Source: Vicugna vicugna
Taxonomy: Eukaryota
NCBI GenBank assembly: GCA_013265495.1
Contig: MU058384.1
Location: 2,295,690-2,359,689, forward strand
Length of the DNA: 64,000 nt
Direction: 5' to 3'
The first letter of the stretch is position 1. Each line of letters opens with the position of its first letter. The translations under genes and the position numbers were made by a program. The notes beneath the pieces were generated by a model. That model saw only the letters and a program-made list of their open reading frames with translations, did not search any database and had not been told where the DNA came from. Below, piece after piece: positions 27,086 to 40,619 of the stretch.

Positions 27086-28371
27086 TCCTGGTATGGAGAG
27101 TCTTAGCTTTAAAAATTTATTCAAAACACAGTTTATTTCTGTCCTGAGAAAGAAGTGTTATATTTGTTTGTGGCATTAAAAAAAAATTTCCAGTAGTATC
27201 AATACTTTGTAAAAGGTTTAAGATGAGCTTCTAGTGGGGCTTAAATGCTTGAAGATAGATATCACCTAATTGGAGTAGGGTGTGGAAAGCCAAATTGGCT
27301 TGGGTGCAGGATGAAGAAATGATAAGTTACACCTTCGTAACCCTAATTTCACTGAGCGATTTAATTTATCTGTGCTCCAGTGCAGTCGCTGCTCTTGACT
27401 CTGCAGTAGCTGCATTGCTATGCAGGCAAGAAAATGCAGAGGAAATTTTGACGCCCATCAGTTTCTTCCTGTGAGCAGCATGTGTGCAACTGGTCATCCA
27501 AGAGTGGTGGCTTGAACTAAGTTTGACTGTTTAGATTCCCCCAAATCCAATGCTGATCTTATGTTGCTCAGAAAATTACCTGTTGGTGATTATAATAAAT
27601 GGTGGTAATTAAAATTAAGGAAAAAAAAAAAAGCAGTGGAACACTCTGCATGTGGGTGTATTTAATTACCTGGCAGGTGTTCCTATTTTTAAAGTGTGAA
27701 ACTTATGGGTAGACAATGACCTTTCTGTTAGAAATTCTACCCACACTTTTGAGTGTCTTCCTTTTTATAATTGACGTTTTCCATCATTTGGAGAGTGATA
27801 GTGGTGATGACTACTTTGTGTCGTACTGTGTATTTCCCAAGTATTTGTACCTTTCTTTTGCTTTGTCTCAACCAGTTCTAATGTTCTTACTTGAATTATT
27901 CTTACTTAGTAACTGCATCTTCATAAAAATGATATGAATGGAAACTTATAATCTTATTATCTGGATTTGTAATTAATGATGTCTTAGAAAATTGGTGTGT
28001 TTAAAGTTCTGTGATATAGTCATAAATTAATTTCTTTCAAATTCTATGAGGTATGGCTGATACATTTTAGGCAAATGTAAACACTAGATAATAAATCTCG
28101 TTTCACAAACCAAAGAAGACTGAAGCGAAAGTTCTTTAAGGACTGTCAACCACTGTGTGATACTATTAGGCACTGATGTTCTGTCTTGGTAACATGAAGG
28201 CTGGAAAGGCAGTGTTGACATTGAGCATACTTACTGTGTTACTTTAAATTTAGGTAAAAATCTTTTAACCTCCCCCGCAAAAGTTTAAAATAATTCTATA
28301 CATATTCAGTCTAATCCTATCTATGGAATGGCATCCTGGGAGCAAAGCATGAGTTTCTCTGTCCATCTCAG

Positions 28372-28457
28372 TTTTCGTTCAGTGGTATCGCGGCATCTGA
28401 GACCTACTGTGATTTTGGATCAGCGTCTCCTATTGACTTAACAGAAAGTTTGCTTAT
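28372..28457 (+). other. Candidate exon (86 nt)
   Basis: Acceptor tttctctgtccatctcag and donor TAT|gtaagt. One open frame (FSFSGIAASETYCDFGSASPIDLTESLL), not recognised. Confidence 0.2.
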
Positions 28458-29814
28458 GTAAGTATGTTGTCAGTGGTGAATATAATGACTGACATTTCTG
28501 TCCATTGTCTTCATAGAACTTTGTTAGACAACAAATCCTTTAGATGAGTTTATAGTTCTCCTCTAGAACCATGTTACTATTCTTCCTCTTCCTTGAGAAT
28601 CACTCCTTTTCCATTCACCTTTCATCTAAAGAAGCTGCAGCATCAAGAAAGAGAAGACAAGGTTTCAGTGATGTGAGTGTTGATGTTTCATTGTTTTTAC
28701 TTTAGACCTTATATTTTGTTAACTTGTGTCACAATTTTAAATGATGTAAATGCTAATTGGACCAGTTGGTTTGATGAAAGAATCTTGCCTATTGCAGAAG
28801 TAAAGTCATTTTAGTAGATGTTTAGAAATAAAAAGGAAAAGTAATGTCATAACACATTATGCTCCATATGTTAAATTTAGGAAAACATATTCTGTGAATT
28901 TCTTTAAATAGATTTATTTGTGCTACTTGACCTTTTTACTTTTTCTCTTTTTTTTCTAAGATATCCTCCCCAAATTTAAAGAATAAAAGAAAAGGACTAG
29001 TCAACATTTAGAGAAAACTAAAGAAATGCCAGTACAAGTCAGTTGTAATTTATGATTTTTTTCCTTTGGAAATGTTGGATATTACATTAAGTTGGTTGGC
29101 TTGTGTAGTTGTGAGGCTTAACAGATAAGTTTTGTGGCATGTTATCAAAATATGAGGGAATGTAAAACAGTGGTGTTACAGTAGATCTAATTTGCTCAAA
29201 TTAAACAAGACCCACACAAAACCTTTCAGAAATAGAATTTCATGTTTCTTTCAGTGACCTTGTAGAAGGAAAGAAAGATCTATATCATATGTAGGTCTAA
29301 TTAATGGACAATCCGTAGAGTACCAAGTTTCGGAATGACTTCATTGACCTGAGGAAGTAAAGCTACTGAATAGAAATGGCCTGTGGAATGAGGGTGTTCC
29401 CTTGTGTGTTTCCCCGTGAGGGACCCGGAGAAGCTTACAGAAGCCACTGCCTGCTATTGTCTCTCCACCGATTCTGCTTGTTAGCCTGACTGTCATCCTA
29501 ATGGCCCATGAGGGTGGAGTGTCGACACTTTTCTGCAATAACCTGGTGTGTCATTCTCCTTGTTCAGCTTCTTGAGGATTATGTAATACATAATAAATAA
29601 TGGCTAAGGAAGCTTCTCTATGAAGCTGCTTCTTAGTTTACCAATACACCAGTTTAATGATCTTAAAAAAAAAACCCACAGTATATTAAGATATAAATTT
29701 TTACACCAGATCTGTTCAGTTATGCTATTTTGTGGTTGATTATATTCATCTTACCTTCTACTCTGTCTGCCACCCTCATCTATTTGGAAGGTAGAATATA
29801 AACTGCCCTTATGG

Positions 29815-30435
29815 TCTGTTACATTGGGGAGCTCCCAATAAACTCCCCCTCCTGGTATTCACACCATGGTGTGGGCCCTTCCCCTTAGGCGTGGGTTTGG
29901 TTTGAGACATTAGCTGGCAGAATCAGCAGAAGTAGCACTGTGTAAATTTCAGACCTAGGCTTTAATAAGCCCAGATACCCTAATGGAGAGGGCATGTGGC
30001 TGGAGAGAGGCCCTGGGACTACTACATGGAGAGAGAGAGGCCTGGCCCTTCCTTCCGGTGTCCTGGCTGGTCCCTGACAACTCCGTGCAGCCTCCTGTGA
30101 TGATTGGCAGCATGAGCTGAACGGAAGAGTTGCCCAGCTGAGCCCAGCCTAGATGGCAGAATTGTAAGCAATAAAACAATAGTGGCTTTTTAAAAATTGA
30201 AGTATAGTTGACTTACAATGTTGTGTTAGTTTCAGGTGTATAGCAAAGTGATTCAGTTATACGTGTATATCTGTGTGTGTGTATATATATATTGTTTTTC
30301 AGATTCTTTTCCGTTAACGGTTATTACAAGATACTGAATATAGTTCCCTGTGCTATACAGTAGATCCTTGCTGTACAGCAATTGTTTTTTAAGCCACTGA
30401 GTTTTAGGGTGGTTTGCTATGCAGCAATAGATAAA
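29815..30435 (+). mobile_element. MaLR solo LTR (MLT1F/G-like), interrupted by an L1 fragment
   Basis: cctcctggtattcacacc, gcccagctgagcccagcc, and terminal ttttaagccactgagttttagggtggtttgctatgcagcaatagataa. Confidence 0.82.
30191..30373 (-). mobile_element. L1 3' end fragment nested in a MaLR LTR
   Basis: Same motif set (attgaagtatagttgacttacaatg...ttccctgtgctatacagtag). It interrupts the LTR between aataaaacaat and ttttaagccactgagtttt. Confidence 0.87.
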
Positions 30436-31277
30436 TGAAAACACCCCTAGATTGAACAATGCATCTTTATAGTTACTGAGCAATAATTTCTATTTATGTG
30501 CTAGGAAAGTAAAATGTAAGTTATTGGCTATCAGCTATTAAAATAGACTTATCAGTGTATTATGTGCTATTTACTAATATAGTTACATAAAGAGGGAAAG
30601 AATAAAATAGCCATTGGAGAGACTTGAGTGTCACTCAGTGATGTTATTAAATACAAGTTCTATAAAGTAGTGATGACTTTGAAAATTTCGGCAGCCCTCT
30701 GGACCACAAAGTTGGAAGAGAAATGTAAGAGAGAACATTAAAAATATTACTGTTTTTAATGGGATGAGTTTTTAAGTTCCTTTTCCTCTTAGAATCCTTT
30801 TTCTTTTTTGCAATTGATGTTTCTAGCTAGATGCCTCTGTAGGTTGACTGATTACGAATGTTTTCACTCAAGCACATTAGCTTCTAAATCTGTCTGTAAG
30901 CTGCTTTCTTAAAAAAGTGAATAAGCTTAGGAAATAATTATTCCTCAAAGTATACAGAACTCCTGAGCAAGCTTTTGTTCCGCGGACAGATCTGATTCAT
31001 CCAGAAACATCAAGATAATTGTCACGATTTAAATTTTTAAAAGAAACCAAGAAGCCTTTGGCTCAAGTATAAAACTTTCTGTTGCTTTCTTGGCGTGATG
31101 CCTTGAGTTGAATATTTTGTGCTGTACGTTGCTCCATTTTTTGTTTTGTTTCGTATTTTTGCCCCTGGGACAGGAAGCTACAGAACAAAATATATTCATT
31201 TTGGTAACCAGTACTGGTCCTTCGGTGACTCACTCTTCTTGAGTGATTAGTACAGAAAGGAGAGGCTGACACTTGAA

Positions 31278-31297
31278 TGCTGCTCCCTAGTGGAGGC
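31278..31297 (-). promoter_or_regulatory. CTCF-like motif
   Basis: Reverse complement gcctCCACTAGGGAGCAGCa has one mismatch to the core CCASYAGRKGGCRS and lies in apparently non-repeat sequence. Confidence 0.5.
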
Positions 31298-32284
31298 AGA
31301 TGAGGAGCCAAGATCTTGTTCTTTCATCCCAGATGCTTTGAAGAACCGCACATCACTATTCTGACACGAAAAGGACAACATTCACATCAAAGTGCTCTCC
31401 TGTTTCATGATTTTTTTTTCTTCCAGGCAGTCATATGCTCCGTTTTCATTAAAATTCTTCATGGGCTCAGACAGTTGATATTTGAATGCACCAGTATTCC
31501 CTCCCTCTTGGTACTAATCTGTGTGATTGTGCAGAAGTAGTTGTGTGGAGAAACATTTCTTTCAAAATTGTAAGCTTCATGAAGGTGGAATCATGTCTTA
31601 TTTGCTCAAGACTGTAAAACCCAGAATCTGGGACAGATCTTAGCATTTGTAAGTCCATACTCAAGTTATTTTTTGAATTAATGAATTTAGCTTTTTAGTC
31701 AGCACCTTTCTCCCCAGGATTTACTGGTTTAGGTAGAACACCAGCAATTGCAGATTGGCAGATGATGTTGAGGGAGTCAAGTTTTCCCTACTTTTTCCTC
31801 AGTGGAAAATCAGTCACTGATTTTTTTTCTATTCCAATTCCATAAAGCATCGATAATTTTTAATTCAAGTATGTATAATATGCTGAGTCTTTCAGTGTAC
31901 CGTTTCTAATCTTTACAAAACATCATTTGGAGTTAGGGGTTAAAAATATTGGTGTAGTTGATTTTCTTATAATTCCCTGTTGAAAACCTATGTAACAAGG
32001 GATTTATGTGGAATGTTAAGAATGTTTCGGTGTTTCTGGAATTACTGGCTTGGAAGATGCTTGAGTAAGAAAGATACATTGGAAAGGCTTTTGTATTCCT
32101 ATAATTATATGACAAGAGAAGAGTTTTAGATTCTTGAGAACTTTCCTAAGATTCTGTGTTAACTGCTTGGATTTAAAATTTCCCCCAACCTGAAAGAATA
32201 TAAAGAAATTTTGGTTTTAGGTTTACCTTTTTGCTCAGATTATATCTTGCTCTATTTCATTCCTCTTTTAAAAAAAAGCTTAAG

Positions 32285-32640
32285 TAATATATATTGAGCA
32301 CTTATTTTATGCCAGATACCTCTTAAATTTTTGAGGTATCTCAGTGAACAAAAAGACCAAGATCCCCGCTTGGGAATCTGTACTGTGGTACAGAAGCAGG
32401 CAAACAATGAAAATAACAGCAGAAAGGGGATATTGTATAGTAGGTTGTAAGGTCATGCTGTGGGAAAAATAAAGCAGGGTAATGGAAATCAAGGAGAGAG
32501 TGGGGTATAATTTTAAATAGGCCGAGCAGGCCTCTGCATTTTTAAGCAAAGTGGAGGAGGAAGATGCTCGGAGGAGAAGCTTCCTGGCAGAGGGAGGGGT
32601 AGTGAAGGATGGAGAGGGGTGGGAAAGGGCCAGAGCAGAG
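32285..32640 (-). mobile_element. L2 LINE 3' fragment
   Basis: atattgagcacttattttatgccag...cagtgaacaaaaagac is the antisense L2 3' end. Confidence 0.75.
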
Positions 32641-33138
32641 TCCAGGCTGCCTGCTGCTTCCGAGGAGTGCTTTGATGGCTAAACTTGGTCTGGATTGCTG
32701 CTAGATCATGCTGGTGTTGGTGAACCTTATTGGAAATGATCGTTATGTCACCCTATCATCAAATCATAAAATAACACCAAAAAGAGAAATTCCTAGAATA
32801 GAAACCGCATAACAAGATAAGACCTTGAAACATGTCTTCTGTCCTTTATGGTTTTGAGGGCCTGTGTAAAGCATACAGTGAGTTCGTTAGTGACAGGTAA
32901 CTGTTCTTCTAGAATTCCTGACCAGCCCTCAGAGGCCTTTCAGATGTTTAGCATTCAAAACTATGGCCCCTGTATCAGCTAATTAGAGTGACAGGAGTTG
33001 GAGTATGTAAAATTCCTTAAATCTGCCCTGACGTAGTGAGTACTCTACACATACTAATTGACTCTAGAACCAGAATTTTGAACTAGAAGATGAATTTTCA
33101 TATTTATATACCTATATAGAAAACACATGTCAATTTTT

Positions 33139-33347
33139 TTCATAGTTTATTTTATTTTATTTTAACATTTTTTTTATTGAGTTATAGTCATTTTACAATG
33201 TTGTGTCAAATTCCAGTGTGGAGCACAATTTTTCAGTTATACATGAACATACATGCATTCATTGTCACATTCTCTTTCACTGTGAGCCATCACAAGATCC
33301 TGTATATGTTTCCCTGTGCTATACAGTACAATCTTGTTTTTCTATTC
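33139..33347 (-). mobile_element. L1 3' UTR fragment, related to but more diverged than the young L1s
   Basis: TSD aaca(c/t)atgtcaattttt at 33122-33138 and 33348-33364. Body resembles 48040-48220 (ttgtgtcaaattccagtgt...ttccctgtgctatacagt). Confidence 0.9.
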
Positions 33348-33394
33348 AACATATGTCAATTTTTAAGGTAGTTTTTTTTATTATCAATTTTTAA

Positions 33395-33590
33395 GTTAGT
33401 TTATTAAAGTATAGTTGATTTATATGTGTTAATTTCCGGTGTACAGCAAAGTGATTCAGTTATATATATATGTATTTATTTTCAATTATATATCCATTAT
33501 AGCTTATTATAAGATAATGAATATAGTTCACTGTGCTGTACAGTAGGACCTTGTTGCTTATCTATTTTATTTTTATATATAGTACTTTGC
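33395..33590 (-). mobile_element. Cetartiodactyl-type L1 3' end fragment
   Basis: Motifs aagtatagttgattt...ggtgtacagcaaagtgattcagttat...ctgtgctgtacagtaggaccttgttg, shared with other copies in the window. Confidence 0.85.
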
Positions 33591-34189
33591 AGTTAGTTTT
33601 TTATTTAAAAAGTATAATTTATCTTTTGTCTTAGCCGTTTTATCTGTCACCTTATTTCCTTTTCTCATAGTCTCTTCTCCTCCAAATCAAAGTCAGATTT
33701 TGAAATAAAGCAGTAGTAATAACACAACAATGCTTGAGTCTCCCTTTTAAAAACACCGTTTTATTTGTGTGTTACAATTTTTCAGGTTTTGGACCAGATG
33801 GACTTTTAAACTGACTGGCTGACACTTTGGAATAAATTGCTTCTTATCCAATATTATAATACGACAATAATGTTCTTGAGAAATTTTGTGCTATCTTCTT
33901 CTGATTTCCTTTTTTAAATGGCTAATAGATATAAATATGAAAAATAAAGTTTTATCTCTTATTAAAAGTATAAGTCATTCTGTTAAAATGGTACCTATTT
34001 ATACCATCATCTTGATTTTATATTTTTTAACCTTGATATTTTTGAGGGCATGCTGTGTGCCTAGTAACGGTTAACTAGGTGCTAATACAGGCTTATCTCC
34101 ACCTTATGCAATACATGTAGTTTTTAAACATGTAAGTTAATTTAGTTTGAATATTGGCCCTACCAGTTTTAAAGATGTGCCCTCATTCA

Positions 34190-34542
34190 GGTTAATTACT
34201 TAATTCTTTGCGACTCAGTTTCTCCATGTGTGAAAAATGGAACAATAAACAACAAGTTTCTTCTGTGTGGCACAGGGAACTATATTCAGTATCTTGTAGT
34301 AATCTATAATGAAAAAGGATAGGAAAACAAATATATGTATGTATATGTATGACTGAAACATTATGCTATACCCCAGAAACTGACCCATTGTAAACTGACT
34401 ATACTTCAATCAAAAAAAATAAATACAAAAAAATGGAACGATGATATCTTCAGAATTGTGAGGAATAAGGATGATGTCTGCAGAATGCCTAGTGTAGTGC
34501 TTGCCATATAGTGGGCCCTCAATGAATGGTTGCTGCTATTAA
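34190..34542 (+). mobile_element. MIR SINE (interrupted by L1)
   Basis: ctcagtttctccatgtgtgaaaaatgg ... gtgcttgccatatagtgggccctcaatgaatggttgctgcta. Confidence 0.75.
34247..34428 (+). mobile_element. L1 3' end fragment nested in a MIR
   Basis: TSD aaaaatggaac(a/g)at at 34233-34246 and 34429-34442; A-rich tail; MIR sequence continues on both sides. Confidence 0.9.
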
Positions 34543-35000
34543 TTTTAAAAAGCCATCATCTCACTTATTAGCTATTGTTTTGTCTTGATTTGCTTTCATC
34601 TCTGGCATGTCTTCTACCTAATGTGTTCAGATTACCTATCCTTATACCCTGCTCGTCAGCCTTTTGAAAATAACCACTTAAGTGTTTGATGAGTATGTTT
34701 ATGAAGCAGATCCAATATTTAAAAGAGTCTTAGAGTAAAATACTTTGAGAATGATTACCCTTTAATTATAGTGTCTTTCTTTGAACTCTTGAGTTCCCTT
34801 TTTATTATTTTTCCCTCCCAGACCCACAGCCCTTCTCTCCTTATGCTCAGCCTCCTTCTGGATCTCCCCTCTAATTACCACCTTCCTCTGCTCCTCTCCC
34901 TACCCTCCTTCTATTTTACACTCTACATTGTTGCTAGAATAAATTTCCTAAAACATCACCATACCTCTCCTTTTATTTTCTAAAAAAATTAGATTGGCCC

Positions 35001-35152
35001 TTTTATTTATTTATTTTTAGAGGGGGAGAGACGTAATTAGGTTTATTTATTTATTTGCTTTTTTTTTTTTAAGAGGAGGTACTGGGGATTGAACCGAGGA
35101 CCTTATGCATGCTAAGCATACACTCTACCACTTTGAGCTATGCCCTCTACCC
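35001..35152 (-). mobile_element. tRNA-derived SINE (vic-1-like)
   Basis: On - strand, A-box tagctcaaagtggtagag and B-box ggttcaatcc, with cctaatta tail. TSD agattggc at 34991-34998 and 35153-35160. Confidence 0.92.
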
Positions 35153-36079
35153 AGATTGGCTTTGAAGTTCTTTTCCTAAACATGGTTCCCTACAATCTGG
35201 AACCCTCTTCCTTCCTTAGTCAGCTTAATTTTCCGTGATTTCTAAGCCATTCAGTGGAGACCACGCACAGCCCTTTGTATTCTGTCTTTATTCCTTACTT
35301 GAAACTTTTTGTGAGTCCCGTTCTTTCTGCTCAGGTTGTTCTTCCTAATCTCTACTGTGAAGTTAAGCCCATTTTGTAAGGGTGTATCCAAGTTCCATGT
35401 TCCCTTCAGTGTCTCTTTATGACTCCAATTCAGTGATTTTTTTTTTTAAATTTCTATGTGTAAAATAGGACAGCATTAAATTAGAGAATGTATTTTTATA
35501 AATTACTAAATGCTCCTTTTAGTCTTACATCTTGAGGAGAAATGTACATTCTGTGTAGAATGGGGTATTCTATAACAGCCAAGTGCTAACTATTCAGTAA
35601 ATATTTGTGTGATTAAATTCTCTAAACTTCTAGTTTTTTTTTAAATGATGTTTTATATGAATTTGGGAGTATAACATAGTATGATTTATAAGGGAAATTA
35701 AATCGGATCTCAATCTGAAAAACAATTTAAAAACAGTCATTTAGGATAAATGTAAAACGATACCTTAAGTTGTTGTTGTTATTGTTGTAGTCTGTAATAT
35801 GTTACAGAACATGGAGTTTGTTACCACTTCAGATTTTTGGAGATTAACAGGGAAAAGGGAAGTACTTCTTAAGTAATTTGCAATCACTTTTGATTTCTCC
35901 ACTATAAAAATGAAGAAAGGGAGGGGGAGGGAATGAAATGGAAATGATGCCTCATGTCTCAGCTAATGTGATTTCTTTTTGTTGACTTTTATGGTCATCG
36001 TGAGTCACAGGTAACTGTCCAACACCTGGCACTTGGTATTTGCCTAATTTAATTTATTATTATTTTTTTTTTTACTTTT

Positions 36080-37012
36080 TAAAGCTTACTTTTTATTAAG
36101 GTATGATTTACAAACATTGAAATGCACAGATCTTAATGTAAAATTTGATGAGTCTTTGGAAATGTCTGTTTATGAACAATCCAAACCCAAATTGAGGTAA
36201 AGAATATTCATGACCCTGAAGAGTTACCTGAGCTTCCCTGTGCCCCTTTCCAGCCAACAACCCTCCACCCTCCTTGAGATGCACCTACTGTTCTGATTTC
36301 TGTCACCATATGTTAATTTTGAACTTCATATGCATGGCATTGTGTTATACATACTCTTGTGTGTTTGGCCTCTTTCACTAAATGTAGTATCTCTGAGATT
36401 CATCCACGCTGTTGCATGCACCAGTGTTCTTTCCTTTGTACTGCTGAGTAGTGTCCCGTTGTTTGAATAGACTTAAGTTTGCCTATGCATTCCCCTGTTG
36501 ATGGACATTGGGATTTTTCCAGTTCTGGACTATTATGAATAAAGTTGCTGTGAACATTTGTTTATAAATTTTTGGGTGAACATAGTCTCATTTCTCTCAA
36601 GTAAATACCTGTGAGTGGAACTGATTGGTTAAAGGATTGGTATATAATTAACTTTATAAGAAACTACCACAAATTCTTCCAAAGTGGTTGGAATGTATGA
36701 GAATTCTAGTTGCTGTCCATCCTTGCTAACACTTGATATTGCCATTCTTTTTAATTTAACCTTTTTCTTACGTATGAAGATATATCTTATTGTAGTTTGA
36801 CTTTTCACTTCCTTGGGGTTGACTACCTATTCCTCTACTTTTGCCCATTTGTATATGTCCTTTAAGGGAGAGCCTGTCCAAGCCTTCTGTCCATTGTTAT
36901 TGGCTTGTTTGTCTTTTGATTATTGAGTGATAGAAGTTCTTTATATATTCTGGATACAAGTCTTTTGTCAGCTGTATGATTAGGGATATTATCTCATATT
37001 GCCTTTTTGTTC
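36080..37012 (-). mobile_element. Old LINE-1 (L1MB/L1MC-like) 3' region
   Basis: aaatgcacagatcttaa...gagattcatccacgctgttgcatg...gatggacattgg...ttctttatatattctggatacaagtc; degenerate, no ORF. Confidence 0.85.
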
Positions 37013-37519
37013 TTAGCAACTCAGAGGCAATAATTCAAGAAAACTGCTGCTTAGGCATTCTATCTTTACAGAACTGAGTAAAAGCAGGATATGGGGTGGG
37101 GGGCAGGGCTAGAGGCCAGACAGCTAGAGAGAACCTGTGTTACATGTTCTCTTCTCTCTTCTAAGAAGTATTTTTTTATTTCCCAGAAAAGTGTCACCTG
37201 TGGCCCCCTAGAATATTTCTCTCCATGTCTTGTTGACAAGAACTGGGCTACTTGGCAATCCCTGGCTACAAGAGAGGCTGGGAAAGTGTCTTTTTTTATT
37301 ACTATTTTTTTTTTTTAGTAAAATCTCTGGTGCTAGGCTGATGAATGAGAAGGAGGTGGAGAATGTTTGTAGTCTACCCATAGCTAGTCAAGGACAGGGT
37401 GTCTCAGGAGAGGAAATATGCCAAGCTCTCAGAAATGTGAGCACCTGGCCTGTTCAGAGAACTGGTGCTCTTTTGAGAGAAAAATGAAGAAACTGCTTGA
37501 AGAACCTTTGTGGGGATCT

Positions 37520-38360
37520 ATTTGAATGTGTTGGTAGCCAATAGCCAGAACATTTGAGCTGGGAATTTGATTTGGAAACACTCAGAGAGTAGGTGGTACT
37601 GGACACTATGGTGGTACTGAGATTGCTCAGAGAGCGTTTAGGAAATATGAGAAAAAGGCAGAGTGCAGGCCCTAGCAAAAACTTAATTTCAGGGATAGCC
37701 AGAGGAAATTGATTCCCCAAAGTAGGCTGAGAACAACTACTAGAAGAGCAGACAGTGTTAATGCAGCCATGAGAGGAGTTTCAGGAAGGAGAGGAGAGTG
37801 GTCAGCAGAGTAGAAAGTCCCGGAGAAGTCATTGCTAAGGTGTCAGGGATATCGATTTGGATTTGGCAGGAAGATCGTGGGTCTTCTCAAATGTAGTTAT
37901 TTGGAGGAAGTAGAGGTCAACTTGTAGTCCGCTCAGGGGAACGGGAGGGAAGACGATGGTGATGTTGAGCTAAACAGCTTAATTGAGAAGCTTAGCTATA
38001 ACCCATTAAAAAACTTTTCATATGAAAGAAGCATTTAAATATTAATAGAGGTTGATTACATAGTAGAGTGAGAATGTGATGGCCCACCTTCTGTGAGGAG
38101 GTGGGAGCAGACAGTGTGAGGGATTATCTTTTTGGATAAGAGTAGGAAGGGGTGCCACATCTTCACAGGCTAGAGGAATGTGACAATGAATAAGGGACAC
38201 TTAATTCTTTGAGGGTGGAGGGAAGGGTGGGGTGCAAGGATTTGGGGGGAGGTGGTGATGGGTGGTTTGGTGGGGGACACATTGGAAGCAGAAGGTGTTC
38301 ACCTGACTGCCTCTATTTTCTTTCAACTAAGAGGGGCAAGAATGGTCATCAGCTGAGACT
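37520..38360 (-). mobile_element. Degenerate L2 fragment
   Basis: gtttcaggaaggagaggagagtggtcagc...ttggatttggca. Confidence 0.55.
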
Positions 38361-38837
38361 GGGTTTGGGCTAGATGGGGAACTGTTTTATTTTTCTCTTA
38401 CTTTTCAACTCCGCTTTTGAACAGGTCTACAATATTTTGGAAACTTTGCTTACCAGGTAGAAACATTACCAGTCAGTACCAGCAAAGCTGATAGTTTGCA
38501 TATGTTTGGAGAGTTCCGTCTGATAATATATCAGCCCATGGACTTGGATGGGCCCAAGACTGAAGGTGGCTTTGTTTTATTATCCAATAAATATTTTTAA
38601 CATGTCTGTTATATCCTAGGCACTTTGATACGTGCTATGAAAATACTGAGAAATACTAAGAAATTACAAAGTAAGTTCAGTTGGCTCTAGCCTGAAAGTC
38701 AGAGTACTAGTTCCTTTCACAGCTGATAAGCTGTGACACTTTGTATTTATTGTGAAAGAACTTTTGGTCCTGAGAATGTCTTTTTCCATACAAAAGGGTG
38801 TGGACCAGATGAGAACTAAGATGCTGTAAGATACTAA

Positions 38838-38861
38838 AACACACACACACACGCACACACA
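38838..38861. repeat. Imperfect (CA)n microsatellite
   Basis: Read directly from the sequence. Confidence 0.9.
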
Positions 38862-40438
38862 CCCTCACACAACTTACAGACACTTGATACAGACAGTAAG
38901 TCCTTGATATTGACAGTAACACCTGTAGACAATAAGAAGGGGGAAATTTGCATGGTGACACTGTTCAAGGATAGGGCTGTCTGCGTGTCTCTGAGAGAGT
39001 ACAGTCGTAATACAGTGAGACTTAATGATGACAGCTTTGAAGTGTTGATAATACTCCTTCACTCGTGTGATGAAGTATAACATTCTGTACAGAAAGCTAA
39101 GTAGCTAAAATTTAAAAATTAGTCTGTGTGTAAGGATGAGAAGGTTGTATAATCAGTATTTTAAGCAGTTAGTGAGTAAAAGTTATTATATAGCAATTAC
39201 TTACTTCGTGGTAAATGAAATATGCTTATGCCAAATTCTCAAGTTTTTAGATAACGCTTTTTATCCTGAAGATATATATATGTTTTTCATCCTGAAGATA
39301 TTTTCAGGGAATATCCTTAATTGTTCCCAGGAGCAGGTGGAGAGAAGTAGCTTGACAGGGTTTCCAGATTGCCGTTAAAAAGTAATAAATTTCCTTTAAG
39401 TTCCTAATCACGAACACTGTGCATTTTGTTGTATCTCCTCTCCGGACAAATCAAATAATCCTGATGTGAGCATGACTCTGCTGTAACCCAGATTTAACTT
39501 GATTAAAACAGATGGTACAAAGGGAGAAGAAAAGTCTTTTACCATCCCCTATGGGCAAGGCTCAAACTTATTTATCCTCATCCAAAGGCAGTTTCTCTCT
39601 GTTTTGGCCTGACTTCTGGGAGCCCAGAACTCTTAAAAGATGTTTTCTTGAAAATAGTGAGCTCTTTTCTTGTCTGTCCTAGTCTTCTTGGCTGAGTTTC
39701 CTATATTCTGGCCTCTTTTACTCGTTAATATTCAGCTTGATCCACAGTGACTGGGAAAGCAGCAGAGGGCTGGAAGTTAGTGCAATGAAAGGTCCTATGA
39801 GGGCTTTCTGAGGAAAGATGCAGATGTCCCCAGGAATAGTGTAACCAAGTTTCATTTTCTCAAGTCAGTTGAATGCTTAAGGCTTTCAGTCCATTTAAAT
39901 AGAAAGTTTTTTTTTCCTTTGATGTGGATTCAATTAGGACTTAACTTTTCTACCTCCTTTACAATAAATATAATTTTCTCGTTGAGAGTAAAATAATGAA
40001 TCAGGTTCAGATAAGCACAACACATTTCTTAGCTCGAGCATATTTTCACAGACTGACAAATACTAAATTGTTTAAGAATTGCTGTCAGCCATGTGGCTGA
40101 GGTGAAATTGATTGTAAAAGTGGAAACTGTGTAACTTCAGAATTGTTTCCTTTTCAGCATATTGAAAAAACTCATTTTGCTATTTATCCAAGGATATAAT
40201 TATTTCTTTCAAAGACAGCTTTGAAAAGAGTAATCAACATATACAGTTTACAAGGTTTTATAGTGTAGAATATTTTAATAGAATTTTTTTTTTCAGGAGA
40301 AAGTGATTGTGTTCTGTTGAAGAAAATCTGAAAAATGCATAATTAAAGAGTATGGTCATTTTTTCTCCAGACTACACTACATTTTATGAAGCCTGTTTTC
40401 ATAGAAATCAATTTCTAATTGCTATCTGTTTTCTTATT

Positions 40439-40619
40439 TTTTTAATTTTATTTTTATTGAAGTATAGTTGATTTACAATGTTATGTTAATTTCAAGTGTA
40501 CAGCAAAATTATTCAGTTATACATATACATATATGTTCTTTTTCAGATTCTTTTCCATTATAGTTTATTACAAGACATTGAATATGATTCCCTGTGCTAT
40601 ACAGTAGGTCCTTGTTGTC
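40439..40619 (-). mobile_element. L1 3' end fragment
   Basis: TSD atctgttt(t/g)cttatt at 40424-40438 and 40620-40634; same family motifs. Confidence 0.9.

Noticed and set aside
28517..28673. Second exon after 28372-28457
   Set aside because: It would need a 59-nt intron, below the usual mammalian minimum, and no convincing frame is present.
39263..39301. 13-bp direct repeat atcctgaagatat
   Set aside because: Short AT-rich local duplication with no tail or element between the copies; uninformative.
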